Assembly (NCBI GenBank): GCA_044352465.1
Contig: JBILDU010000027.1
Coordinates: 1 to 32,628 of the forward strand
Reading direction: 5' to 3'
DNA length: 32,628 bases
Source: Bdellovibrionota bacterium
GTDB lineage: Bacteria > Bdellovibrionota_C > UBA2361
Under the pieces are notes generated by a model, which was not told the DNA's origin, searched no databases, and saw only the letters and a program-made list of their open reading frames with translations. Shown here one piece after another: positions 17,530 through 27,851 of the stretch (its first letter is position 1; each line of letters starts with the position of its first letter). A program made the position numbers and the translations under genes.

Positions 17530-18090
17530 TTATCCCAAAACCTCTGACTTCGGCCGACCTTTAAGCCCCTCACCCAACGAATCACGCAAGGTCGAAAACC
17601 GAAGATCGGGTTGCTCCTTGGCGATCTGATCGAGTACTTGGTCGAGTTTCTCAGGGGTGAGGTTTTCAAAGAACGTGTCGTTGATCTCAGCCATCGGCGC
17701 AGTGCCACACGAGCCTAAGCATTCAACCTCCTCGTAGCTCCACATCCCATCCGCGCTCACTTCGTTCGGCTTCAATCCCAGCCGCTCCTTCAATCGTGCG
17801 GAGAGCTTTCGCGCGCCACACAGCGCACACGCCAGGGTCCGACACACCTGGACGTGATACTTTCCGACCGGCTTTTTGTAGTACATGGTATAAAAGGTAG
17901 CGACCTCCATCACATGCACCGGCGCCATCCCCACCTTCTCAGCCACCCAATCGATCGCGGCTGGCGTAATGTGGCCCAGCTCCTCTTGGGCGAGATAAAG
18001 CGCCGGCATCACCGCCGACTTCGGATCGGGGTAGAGCCGCTTAATCTCTTCAATGCGCTGCTCGGCTAACGGGGAAAGTTTCGTACTCAT
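17530..18090 (-). CDS. nuoE: NADH-quinone oxidoreductase subunit E
   Basis: EVATFYTMY, VCRTLACALCG and VECLGSCGTAP (2Fe-2S ligands). ATG at 18090 preferred over GTG at 18096. Confidence 0.95.
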   Translation of the reverse strand: MSTKLSPLAEQRIEEIKRLYPDPKSAVMPALYLAQEELGHITPAAIDWVAEKVGMAPVHVMEVATFYTMYYKKPVGKYHVQVCRTLACALCGARKLSARLKERLGLKPNEVSADGMWSYEEVECLGSCGTAPMAEINDTFFENLTPEKLDQVLDQIAKEQPDLRFSTLRDSLGEGLKGRPKSEVLG

Positions 18091-18097
18091 ACTCACC

Positions 18098-19345
<1,248 letters not shown>

Positions 19346-19354
19346 GTGTCTGCC

Positions 19355-19948
19355 CTAGCCGTTAGCGGTCTGCTGCTTCGCCCGCCGATTGATAGAAACG
19401 AGGTTCGGTCGCGCCATATCCACCGCGGTGTTGCGCACTTCCGGGGAACGTAGTGGGATGCGCGGCTGTTTTCCTTGTACCGGGTAATCTTTACGCAGCG
19501 GATGCCCCTCAAACTCATCGTACATGAGTATACGCCGTTGGTCGGGATGGCCCTTAAAGGTTACCCCGTACATGTCCCACGCCTCACGCTCCATAAAATT
19601 CGCTGCGGACCATAGGTCGCTTACCGAATCGACCTCGGGGTTACTCTCGGGCACCGCGATCTTCACCCGGAGTCGGGCACGCTGCGCCAAGTTGAGCAGG
19701 TGGTAGACCACCTCAAAGCGGTTCGGTCGCGCATCGAGCCAATCGACCACCGTCACATCGATAAACATCGAGAAACCGAGCTCCGCATCGAGCTTGAGGA
19801 GACGAAAGAACTCATGCATGCCCTGGCGCGGGATCTGTATCACCGCGTCGCCGAGACTCACCTCGGCCGACAATATCTGAGAGCCCAACTTGGACTGAAG
19901 CAAGGCGACAAGCGCTGCACTCGTGCCTGGTCCGTTGACGTCGTTCAT
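19355..19948 (-). CDS. nuoC: NADH-quinone oxidoreductase subunit C
   Basis: RFEVVYHL and WSAANFMEREAWDMYGVTFKGHPDQRRILMYDEFEGHPLRKDYP motifs. ATG at 19948 with AAAGGA upstream. Confidence 0.95.
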   Translation of the reverse strand: MNDVNGPGTSAALVALLQSKLGSQILSAEVSLGDAVIQIPRQGMHEFFRLLKLDAELGFSMFIDVTVVDWLDARPNRFEVVYHLLNLAQRARLRVKIAVPESNPEVDSVSDLWSAANFMEREAWDMYGVTFKGHPDQRRILMYDEFEGHPLRKDYPVQGKQPRIPLRSPEVRNTAVDMARPNLVSINRRAKQQTANG

Positions 19949-20405
19949 ACCGCAATCCTTTCTTCCACGCGGGGCACCTGGGGCTACCGGAAGCATTGAC
20001 CGCCCCCAGCCCGGAGACTCAGAACGGGGCTATGGAGAGCTTTGCCGTCGCCGCTCCGCCCGTCTATTAAGCCCAAGCACGCGGCAACCCCCTTAAGGAC
20101 AGACTGAACTTGTTCAGCGTCTCCTTAAAACAATCACCACCTTAGGCTTCAAGAGCTTATCCCCAGGACACCTAAAAAAAAAGCCCCCTTCGCCCCGGCT
20201 TTGGGTGTTCTAATACCCCATCGCCACACTTAAACCTAGCCTCAATTTTCAGTCACTTGAAGTTACCGCTGAACGGAGAAAAAAGACTCGAAGCCCCTTG
20301 TCATGCCGCCTCGATTTTGGCGTTATGGGAGCCCTCGTTGCGCTCTGGCGCCCTAGGCGGTGGAAGGATCCCCGCCGTCAACTTTTGGATCGAAGCTGAA
20401 ACCCG

Positions 20406-22487
20406 ATGGAGACACACCCCGCTGAGAGCGAAACCATGCCAAACCCACCGGGGCAACACGAGGAACTCCCCATTGAGGCGCGGGATGCGATAGAGGCGGA
20501 ACTTGGCTCTCTTAAAACGACGATTGATTCTCTTAAGTCCCAGCGTACCGCCGGGGAGCATAAACTTCACCGTGAGGCAGCCCGGGCCCGCGAACTTACC
20601 TCACAGATCGTAGCCGCCCGACGGGACGAGGACAAGGCGATGCTCGCCTCGGACGAGGCCGTCTCCCACGCGCTGAAAGATCAGAAAGAGGCGGAACTAC
20701 AGGCTATCGAAAAGCTCCTCGACAAGCCCTACTTCGCCCGAGTGGTGCTAGAGGAGGAGACCCCAACCGGCACCAAGGCGATCGAATATAAGCTCGGATT
20801 CGCCGCCAACGTGGATTGCCGGATCATCGATTGGCGCAAAGCTCCCATCTCCAAGCTCTACTACGACTACAAAGAGGGCGATTACTACTCCGAGACGATC
20901 CAAGGACGGGAACGGGATGGCAAGGTGGCGCTCCGTAACACGGTCGAGATCGAGCGGGGCGAGCTGAGGAAGCTCTCGTGTCGACACGGTTCATTCACGC
21001 GCACGCTCGAGGGGTGGCGGAGCGCCGCTGCAGGCCGTACCCGCGCAGCCGGGGGACTCAAAGAGATCTTGGCACTCATCACGTCCGAGCAATTCGAAAT
21101 GATAACCACGGCGGCACGTACCGCGATCCTGATTCAGGGGATCGCTGGCTCCGGAAAGACGACGGTCGCGCTCCACCGCCTCGCGTGGCTCCTCCATGAG
21201 GATAACTCCCCGTTACAGCCGGGCGACTGTGTCGTTATCGCTCTGAGTCGAACGCTTCAGTCCTACATCGCCACGACCCTTCCCTCCCTTGGGGTCCACG
21301 GAGTCACTATTGTGACGTTCCACGATCTCATGGCTCACACCCTTCGGCGCGCCGCTCCATGGGCACTCGGCGACAGCGGAGATTTCCGCCGAGCGAGCGA
21401 GCCAGCGCCACACGGTATCGACCGGGTGATGCGTTCGATGGCCCTTCTGAAGACGATCGACCAAAGGCTGAAGGGACGCTCCGCGCTGGCCTCAGCGACA
21501 CTCGGCCCAACGGAGATCGCGCACGCGCTCGACGATGCCCTTGCCGAAGCCGACGCGATCGTTCGGCTCGATGAAACCAAGCTCCTGACCCTCGATCTGG
21601 TGAAGAGCGCCCGCACACGTTTTGCCCGCAACCTCGCTGATGGGGTTCTCGACCGATGCGCCGAGGCACCGCTCGTGCGAATCTTCGAACTTATCACCGG
21701 GGGGCTCATTCGCCCCGATGGTCGCCATGGGAAGCTCGGCCACATCGTGGTTGATGAGGTCCAAGACTACGGCCCCCTTGAGCTCGCGTGCCTTATCGGT
21801 GGCGTGAGTAAGCTCGATCAACTTACCTTGGTGGGAGACACAGCTCAGGGGCTCAGCGGAGCTGAGAGCTTCCCGGGATGGGAGAAACTGCGCCATTACT
21901 GGTCACTCGGTGAGGAGATGTCGCGGTACGTCTCGCTGACCATCAGCCACCGTTCGACCCTTCCGATCATGCGCCTCGGTGATTACGTCCAAGGTCGCAC
22001 CACGGTAACCGATGGGCGCGCCGGGCGCGCCCCGATCTGGTTCGTATGCCCCGACGAATCCATCGGCATCAAAGCAGCGATCGATTGGCTGAATCGCGCG
22101 ATCGAACGGTATCCTACAAGCCTCACAGCGGTTGTATGCGCCGACCCGGACGAAGCGCGGGAGGTTCTTTCGTTCCTGAAGCCCACATTTGGTGAGCTGG
22201 CTCGACCAGGAGATCGAGATACCTTCTCGTTCCAAGAGGGGATCATCGTCACGGACGTGAGAGAGTCAAAGGGCCTCGAGTTCGTTAATGTGCTTATCTG
22301 GAATCCCACCGCAAAAAATTATCCGAGTGACCAAAGGGGAAGGAACGCCCTTTACATCGCACTCACCCGGGCAGAGGAGAATCTGTGTGTGGTGACGTGG
22401 GCCAGGCCAAGCCCGAACCTACCGCCGAGCTCGTCACCACTGATGCGCTTCGTCGACATGACGCCCCCCGAGGACCCTGAGGATTAG
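20406..22487 (+). CDS. HelD-like SF1 (UvrD-family) ATPase, putative RNA polymerase recycling factor
   Basis: N-terminal coiled coil, then PYFARV and IIDWRKAPISKLYY (HelD N-terminal signature). Walker A IQGIAGSGKTTVALHRLAWL, Walker B HIVVDEVQD, plus VGDTAQ, HRST, KGLEF and LYIALTRA. Confidence 0.85.
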   Translation: METHPAESETMPNPPGQHEELPIEARDAIEAELGSLKTTIDSLKSQRTAGEHKLHREAARARELTSQIVAARRDEDKAMLASDEAVSHALKDQKEAELQAIEKLLDKPYFARVVLEEETPTGTKAIEYKLGFAANVDCRIIDWRKAPISKLYYDYKEGDYYSETIQGRERDGKVALRNTVEIERGELRKLSCRHGSFTRTLEGWRSAAAGRTRAAGGLKEILALITSEQFEMITTAARTAILIQGIAGSGKTTVALHRLAWLLHEDNSPLQPGDCVVIALSRTLQSYIATTLPSLGVHGVTIVTFHDLMAHTLRRAAPWALGDSGDFRRASEPAPHGIDRVMRSMALLKTIDQRLKGRSALASATLGPTEIAHALDDALAEADAIVRLDETKLLTLDLVKSARTRFARNLADGVLDRCAEAPLVRIFELITGGLIRPDGRHGKLGHIVVDEVQDYGPLELACLIGGVSKLDQLTLVGDTAQGLSGAESFPGWEKLRHYWSLGEEMSRYVSLTISHRSTLPIMRLGDYVQGRTTVTDGRAGRAPIWFVCPDESIGIKAAIDWLNRAIERYPTSLTAVVCADPDEAREVLSFLKPTFGELARPGDRDTFSFQEGIIVTDVRESKGLEFVNVLIWNPTAKNYPSDQRGRNALYIALTRAEENLCVVTWARPSPNLPPSSSPLMRFVDMTPPEDPED

Positions 22488-22499
22488 GTTATGGCTGTG

Positions 22500-22548
22500 C
22501 CGCGGTGGTTTCGAAAATAGGCTGGGGCGGTCTTCGAAACCAACGCGG
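22500..22548. terminator. Inverted repeat just downstream of the HelD-like gene (possible terminator or mRNA-stabilising hairpin)
   Basis: CCGCGGTGGTTTCGAAAA versus TCTTCGAAACCAACGCGG, 16/18 complementary. It starts 12 bp after the stop. No immediate U-tract. Confidence 0.45.
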
Positions 22549-22635
22549 AGCCTCCCCTTTTCCTCTCATCTTATTAATAACTTGCAAATATTAAGGTATC
22601 CGCCGGCGATTAACTGCGACGTGGTGCCGGAGCAC

Positions 22636-22644
22636 TGCCATAAT
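22636..22644 (+). promoter_or_regulatory. Candidate extended -10 promoter element (TGcCATAAT) for the lipoprotein gene
   Basis: TG-n-CATAAT lies 47 bp upstream of ATG 22692, downstream of an AT-rich stretch. Confidence 0.35.
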
Positions 22645-22691
22645 ACAGAGTAAGTTTTTTGAGCACGCCAAGCGGCTCAAGGGAACCCACT

Positions 22692-23015
22692 ATGGCGAAG
22701 CAACCGAAAACACTGCCCTCAATCATGAGCGCACTGACGCTCGGCCTCGCCCTTGGATTTTTGACCGGTTGCGATGGCCCTCCGACACCGAACCGCGCCT
22801 ACCACAACTGTGTCGGGCGGACTATCCAGAGGCTCGGCGGCTCGAACGCGAGCGAACTCTCGAATTTTTCTAAGGACCTCCACCGCCGTATCGCCGAGCA
22901 AGAGTGCGCGCAGGTGATCGAGACGTGTAAAGACGCCGAGGGGACCCGCGCATGCCAGAGGATGTTAAAGAAGTATCAAAAGCCACCGAAGAAACAGTCG
23001 GTACGGCGCGAATAA
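22692..23015 (+). CDS. Small Cys-containing lipoprotein, unknown function
   Basis: MAKQPK..., hydrophobic ALTLGLALGF, lipobox LTGC and four further Cys residues. ATG at 22692 with AAGGGA upstream. Confidence 0.7.
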   Translation: MAKQPKTLPSIMSALTLGLALGFLTGCDGPPTPNRAYHNCVGRTIQRLGGSNASELSNFSKDLHRRIAEQECAQVIETCKDAEGTRACQRMLKKYQKPPKKQSVRRE

Positions 23016-23122
23016 CTCCCCCACTCTCGATATATCTCTCGTTCCGTGGGCGAACGGAGGCCAATCTCACCGGCTGTGGGCGACTGGTGCGCCATCCCGC
23101 GATGTTGTGGTACTGTTGGCCC

Positions 23123-23380
23123 ATGGAATCGTCGCGACAAGTTCTGCCTCCCCTCGTTTGCCCACTGACAAAGCTCCCCCTTCATCGGTGTCCCGCTGAC
23201 CTCCTGAGCGAACTCAATCAAAAGATCGCCCGAAGAGAGCTCATCTCGAGCGCAGGAGAACTGATTGTTGAGCCGCTAGAGGCAGCGCTCCTACGGGCCG
23301 ATGGCAAAGTTGTTTATCCGATTCAAAGGGGCATACCAGTAGTGATTCCAGAGGCTGGGATCTCCGTCAGCGACGCCTGA
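23123..23380 (+). CDS. Trm112-like (UPF0434/YcaR-type) protein
   Basis: LVCPLTKLPL at the N-terminus and VYPIQRGIPVVIPEAG at the C-terminus match the family pattern, with a central helical insert. Start moved to ATG 23123. Confidence 0.8.
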   Translation: MESSRQVLPPLVCPLTKLPLHRCPADLLSELNQKIARRELISSAGELIVEPLEAALLRADGKVVYPIQRGIPVVIPEAGISVSDA

Positions 23381-23407
23381 TCCCCGACGCTTACTCGAGC
23401 TCCCCCG

Positions 23408-23468
23408 GAGACCTTGGTTTCCGAAGACTGTAGGTTCCAAAGTCTGTAGGTTCAGAGACTGGGTTGCC
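23408..23468. repeat. Degenerate ~15-16-bp tandem repeat (4 units)
   Basis: AAGACTGTAGGTTC at 23424-23437 and AAGTCTGTAGGTTC at 23440-23453 (13/14 identical). Flanked by the looser GAGACCTTGGTTTCC and GAGACTGGGTTGCC. Confidence 0.6.
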
Positions 23469-23797
23469 GAAGGCCCGCGAGAAGCGACCTGCGAAGATGG
23501 TCTCGCGCCTTTTGAGGAGATAGCTTCTCGCACTCCCGCCGTGAAATTTTATACATCGAAAGAACAGGGGTGTCGGGAACTTTTCCCGGGGGTATCCCGT
23601 CCGATAACATTTTTTCACCTGACAGCGGAGCCCGCAGGCGAACCAGAAAAAAGAAGCTCGCCCGAAGGGAATGGGATTAATTCGGGAAAGAGCTAAAGCG
23701 ATAACTCTTTGCCGCTATGGAAGGTGGCTCACGACTCAGTTCGCTGCGGATCTGGCGCGGTGCCAAGCACACGCGGCAACTGGGATACACGGGAGAA

Positions 23798-25309
23798 CTA
23801 TGCAAGGTCGAGGGAGATGAGTTCTCCCCGTTCGTTGACGGGTGGGGCTTCAGGCCACGTAATAAGGATGGAGGTCCCCTCGCCCACCTTACTGGTGACC
23901 GCGATCTCGCCACCGTGAGCCGAGACGATACTTTTCACGACGAAGAGGCCGAGGCCACTCCCCTCCACTTCACGATGCCGTTCGAGTCGCGAAAAACGTT
24001 CAAAAACACGCTGCACCTCAGCCGGCTCCATCCCCGACCCGGTATCCGAGACCCCCAGCTGGAGATCACTCCCGTGAAGAGACGCAACGACACCAACGTT
24101 TCCCCCGGACGGGGTAAACTTCAATGCGTTTGTCACGAGATTCCCCAAAACACGCAAAAACCCCATCCGATCGACGGAGATCGTCGTCCCCGCCGGGGTC
24201 CGGTTCTCAATGTGTAAGGTGATGCGCCGCGCCTCGGCGATCGTTGCGTAATCACTCAGTCCGATCTCAAGGAGCTCCGCGATAGACTGCCGCGTTGGCC
24301 GCAAGAGCAGGCTCCCCTCTTGAATGCGACGGGCACTCAAAAATTCATCGATGAGATGAATTGCGCCCTGCGCCGAGGAGCCGATTCGAAGTGCTAACTC
24401 ACCCGACTTCCTACCGTCGTGCATCGTCTCGCGCAGAAGCTCGGCGGAGAGAAGTATTGCACCGAGCGGCCCTTTTAAATCGTGCGTTGTTGTGGAGAGA
24501 AGTTCCCGCTGAAACCGCTCGCGACGCTTCAGCTCGCTACGATCGCGGATACGGACCACCGCCTCGCGGACCGGGCCACTCGCTGGGAGAGCACTCTCAA
24601 CGACGGAGAGGGTAAGGTCATAGGCAAGGTCAGCGCCTTCCTTGAGCGTCAACTCAGTTGACCACACTCCACCACCGGAGAGACCGACCAACTTATCACG
24701 TACCCCCTCGAGGAGGGTCGCCGCTTTATTGACGCGCTCAGAGAACAGGCTCAAGAGCGACGACTCATCACCACCACACCTCTTCGCAAATATTCGGAAA
24801 GCTGAATTGGCGTAGATAATCGCACCCTCGGCCGATACAATCGCGAGCCCTTCATCCCCGTTCTCGATGGCGCTACGCAGGACCCCCATCTCACGCTCGA
24901 GTTTTCGCCGCGCCTCCTCTCCAATGACCGCCGCGTAGAGCCGCTCGAGTGACAGAGTGAGGATATCTCGAAAGTCACGATCAAAGGTCTTAACGATGAA
25001 ATCTCGTGCGCCCAGCTTCATCGCGGTCACTGCGTCAGTCAATGAGGTTGACGACGTCAGCACAACGATCGGAGTGGTGGAGGCGGCGACGCGAAAGCCC
25101 TCCACGTGGCTCACAGCGTGAGAGTCGGGCAGGTTCAGGTCGGTCACGATGAGGTCAAACGAGCCACGGACAAGTGTGGCGTTCGCGGCGGCAACCGTCC
25201 CAACCTGCTCAATCTCGCCGCACCGCTCAGCGAGGACACGTCTGATGAGCAGAGCGTGCGAAGGATCATCTTCGACGAGAAGCACACGCTGAAATAAAGC
25301 TCGTTCCAT
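23798..25309 (-). CDS. Cytoplasmic hybrid sensor kinase: N-terminal receiver, PAS-like, HisKA and HATPase domains
   Basis: VLLVEDD, DLIVTDLNLPD and ARDFIVK (REC). IIYANSAF (PAS-like). TTHDLKGPL (H-box). NLVTNALKFT, VSDTGSGM and GSGLGL (ATPase). No TM segment seen. Confidence 0.93.
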   Translation of the reverse strand: MERALFQRVLLVEDDPSHALLIRRVLAERCGEIEQVGTVAAANATLVRGSFDLIVTDLNLPDSHAVSHVEGFRVAASTTPIVVLTSSTSLTDAVTAMKLGARDFIVKTFDRDFRDILTLSLERLYAAVIGEEARRKLEREMGVLRSAIENGDEGLAIVSAEGAIIYANSAFRIFAKRCGGDESSLLSLFSERVNKAATLLEGVRDKLVGLSGGGVWSTELTLKEGADLAYDLTLSVVESALPASGPVREAVVRIRDRSELKRRERFQRELLSTTTHDLKGPLGAILLSAELLRETMHDGRKSGELALRIGSSAQGAIHLIDEFLSARRIQEGSLLLRPTRQSIAELLEIGLSDYATIAEARRITLHIENRTPAGTTISVDRMGFLRVLGNLVTNALKFTPSGGNVGVVASLHGSDLQLGVSDTGSGMEPAEVQRVFERFSRLERHREVEGSGLGLFVVKSIVSAHGGEIAVTSKVGEGTSILITWPEAPPVNERGELISLDLA

Positions 25310-25411
25310 CTCCCTATTTTCGATTAAAAGAGACGAATTGGGAATGAAAAAGTAGGTTCTGGGATGATTTTCACCCCTACTCGCTTGGCTGGCGAGCGCA
25401 CCGACGGAAGT

Positions 25412-26017
25412 TTAGCCTCGCCAACTCCGACATGCGGCCACCCTCACGTTGCCGCCGTTCCCCTCACTCCCCACGCATTCGATAAATCCGTCCGAACCGA
25501 GGTGGAGAGTGGCGTTCTGATCACTCGTCATCACACGGTAGCCGCTCAAAAGATCGTGACCACGCGAAGAAACGAGATACCCCAAACCCGCTACCGCAAG
25601 GAGCGGCGAGGATACGTCGATCATCCCCTGTTGAGCCGCCGCCTCGCGGGTTATTCCCGCACTTCCCGGGACGCATCCCTCGATCTTCACCACGAGGTCG
25701 CCGGGACCACGCTTTAAGAACCGGGGATCGGTAGCCCAATCAGCCAGAGTTGTCTCAGATACCGCCGGGCGCCCACTAAACCACGAGGCGAGCTTCAAAA
25801 CCTCGCGAATGAAAGCGAAGGGGGGCTTATCTCCGAGCCCGACCACGATCACCCCCTCTTGAGGCTGCACGATCCCAAACCGAAGCATGGTCGCAGCGCG
25901 CATGTCCTCGAGGAGTTCGTCCCGGGCTTGAATCGCGGCGGCACGATCCCCTGACAACGTCTCGTTTGCTGCGGGGGCTACTTGAGGGGGGAGAAAAAGG
26001 CTCGTTTCCTTCGACAT
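25412..26017 (-). CDS. Hypothetical protein (201 aa)
   Basis: ATG with GAGG upstream. Fills the gap upstream of the kinase on the same strand. No recognised motif. Confidence 0.6.
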   Translation of the reverse strand: MSKETSLFLPPQVAPAANETLSGDRAAAIQARDELLEDMRAATMLRFGIVQPQEGVIVVGLGDKPPFAFIREVLKLASWFSGRPAVSETTLADWATDPRFLKRGPGDLVVKIEGCVPGSAGITREAAAQQGMIDVSSPLLAVAGLGYLVSSRGHDLLSGYRVMTSDQNATLHLGSDGFIECVGSEGNGGNVRVAACRSWRG

Positions 26018-26441
26018 ACAGCTTTAACCTCATCCAGATCCCCACCCGAAAGAACTTCGTGGGGATCGCCGATACTACCATACCCAAGCCGCTTGCATCG
26101 AACAGATAAGTCGAGACCACACCGACCCCGCGCTGAGGGCACGCCGTTGTCTTTCTCAAACGCACGTGGGGCAAACACCAGAGATGGTGGTGGGATTTGA
26201 GGGTTTGACTTTGGCCAGCGGAGGTTCCTAAGATAGCGGCCGCTGTGGGTGGGGATTTTTCGGCGCGGGACGCTCAGTTAAACCCTCAGAAGGGCTGGGC
26301 GCAGTCCGTCTATGCGCCCACCTCGGTCGTGTGCTCGGCTCGACTGCGCTCGTTGAGGTCAATCGGACCGTGCCGATAAACGAGTCGATGCGCGACGCTA
26401 CCCGCAACAGCAACGCAAATGTCGTTCGAACGCGATACCAT

Positions 26442-26978
26442 ATGATTAAACCGGACCACTGGATTAGGAGCTTTGCTGCAAACGGGGGGATTTTGCCCTT
26501 CAAACCCGAGCAGATTAACCCGGCGAGTTACGACGTGACCTTAGGTAATCACTGGATCTGCCCTACTCGCGAGCCCGAGGAGTCTACCGCCGACTCGTTC
26601 ACCCTTTTCCCGGGAGAGGTGATCCTGGCAACGACTCAGGAATACTTGAAACTTCCGCGGGATGTCGTATGTGACTTGAAGTTAAAAAGCTCGCTCGGTC
26701 GACTGTGGCTCAACCACAGCCTGAGCGGTTGGATCGATTGCAATTTCCAGGGTCAGGTAACACTGGAACTTCAAAATCTCGGTCCCTACCCCCGGGTTCT
26801 CACCGCCGGTATGCGTGTAGCCCAACTTGTCTTCATGGGTATGGAATCACCCCCTGAGGTCGCCTACGGTGAAGGCGGTCGGGGCCACTATCAGGGGCAA
26901 ACCGGAACTACTCGCTCGTGGAGCGATGACTTTTTCCCCAAGGTTGACAGCGAATCAACGCTCAAGAAGGGTCGATAG
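26442..26978 (+). CDS. dcd: dCTP deaminase (trimeric dUTPase superfamily)
   Basis: QINPASYDVTLG, LATTQE, KSSLGRL, GWIDCNFQGQVTLEL, GMRVAQLVF and YQGQTG motifs. Start moved to ATG 26442 (MIKPDHWI). Confidence 0.9.
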   Translation: MIKPDHWIRSFAANGGILPFKPEQINPASYDVTLGNHWICPTREPEESTADSFTLFPGEVILATTQEYLKLPRDVVCDLKLKSSLGRLWLNHSLSGWIDCNFQGQVTLELQNLGPYPRVLTAGMRVAQLVFMGMESPPEVAYGEGGRGHYQGQTGTTRSWSDDFFPKVDSESTLKKGR

Positions 26979-27081
26979 TTAAGCTGCGCTGCTCCCCTTT
27001 CCACAGGAATATTCCGGGGCAGCTTTTTCCGATTACGAACGTTTTTAGGTGCTTGAGGCTCATTTTCAAGGGGCCCACGAC

Positions 27082-27110
27082 TTGATTGGCCCTTAAAATG
27101 CTGCTAACCT
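27082..27110 (+). promoter_or_regulatory. Candidate sigma70 promoter of rpsT
   Basis: TTGATT (27082-27087), 17-nt spacer, TAACCT (27105-27110), with an extended TG at 27102-27103. SD GAGGAG precedes ATG 27142. Confidence 0.55.
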
Positions 27111-27141
27111 CCAAGGCCTTCAGTCGTGAGGAGTTTTTGTA

Positions 27142-27414
27142 ATGGCCAATCATAAGTCTGCTATTAAGCGTCACCGTCAAAGCCTTAAGCGCCGGGATCG
27201 TAACCGTGACGCGCGGGCGAACGTCCGTACTGCAATCAAGAAGGTACGAGCCTTGGTCGCATCGGGAGATGAGAACGGGGCGAAGGCTTCCCTCGTCGAG
27301 GCTGAGCGGGCTATCGCGAAGGCCAGCGCTAAGGGCCTTTACCATAAGAAGAATGCGGCACGGAAAATCAGCCGGCTTGCGTCAAGTGTAACCAAACCGA
27401 AGAAGGGCTCATAA
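27142..27414 (+). CDS. rpsT: 30S ribosomal protein S20
   Basis: MANHKSAIKRHRQ...RN...RTAIKK...KGLYHKKNAARKISRL. Confidence 0.98.
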   Translation: MANHKSAIKRHRQSLKRRDRNRDARANVRTAIKKVRALVASGDENGAKASLVEAERAIAKASAKGLYHKKNAARKISRLASSVTKPKKGS

Positions 27415-27473
27415 GGAGTAGTTGGGCCGCGGGTCCATCTGCTGGCTTAGCGCTAGTCCTGAGTTCGATGAAG

Positions 27474-27499
27474 AACCGAGCCGTGAGCTCGGTTTTTTT
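27474..27499 (+). terminator. Rho-independent terminator after rpsT
   Basis: AACCGAGC-cgtga-GCTCGGTT perfect 8-bp stem running into a T7 tract. Confidence 0.85.
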
Positions 27500-27851
27500 G
27501 TATAAAAACGAGCCACACCGCGCAGCATGCGCCCGTGACCGCAACGCGGCTCTCCCTGATAGTCAGCCCTTTGCTGAAAAAACTCCTCGGAAAAACACCA
27601 ATCGTTTCATGCAAGTATCTTTATAAGCATTCCCATCCCCCGCTGCCCTTCGTCAGGTCCGATGACATTGAAGGCCTCAATAAGCTGTAAATTCATTGCG
27701 TTAAGCCCGGCTTCAGATCAGCACACCAGAGTCAATAACTAACCGCAAAAGGGTGTGCCTCATTTTTGCTTAACGGCCCGCGCTATGGTACCCAAGAGTC
27801 GCATGGTTCGGCGTGCCGTCTAAAAACACCTCGATATTGGAGGATACTGTT

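Noticed and set aside
26037..26067. 9-bp perfect inverted repeat GATCCCCAC/GTGGGGATC upstream of the 201-aa ORF
   Set aside because: It is a single ordinary hairpin with no U-tract or recognisable riboswitch motif, which is too little to call a function.
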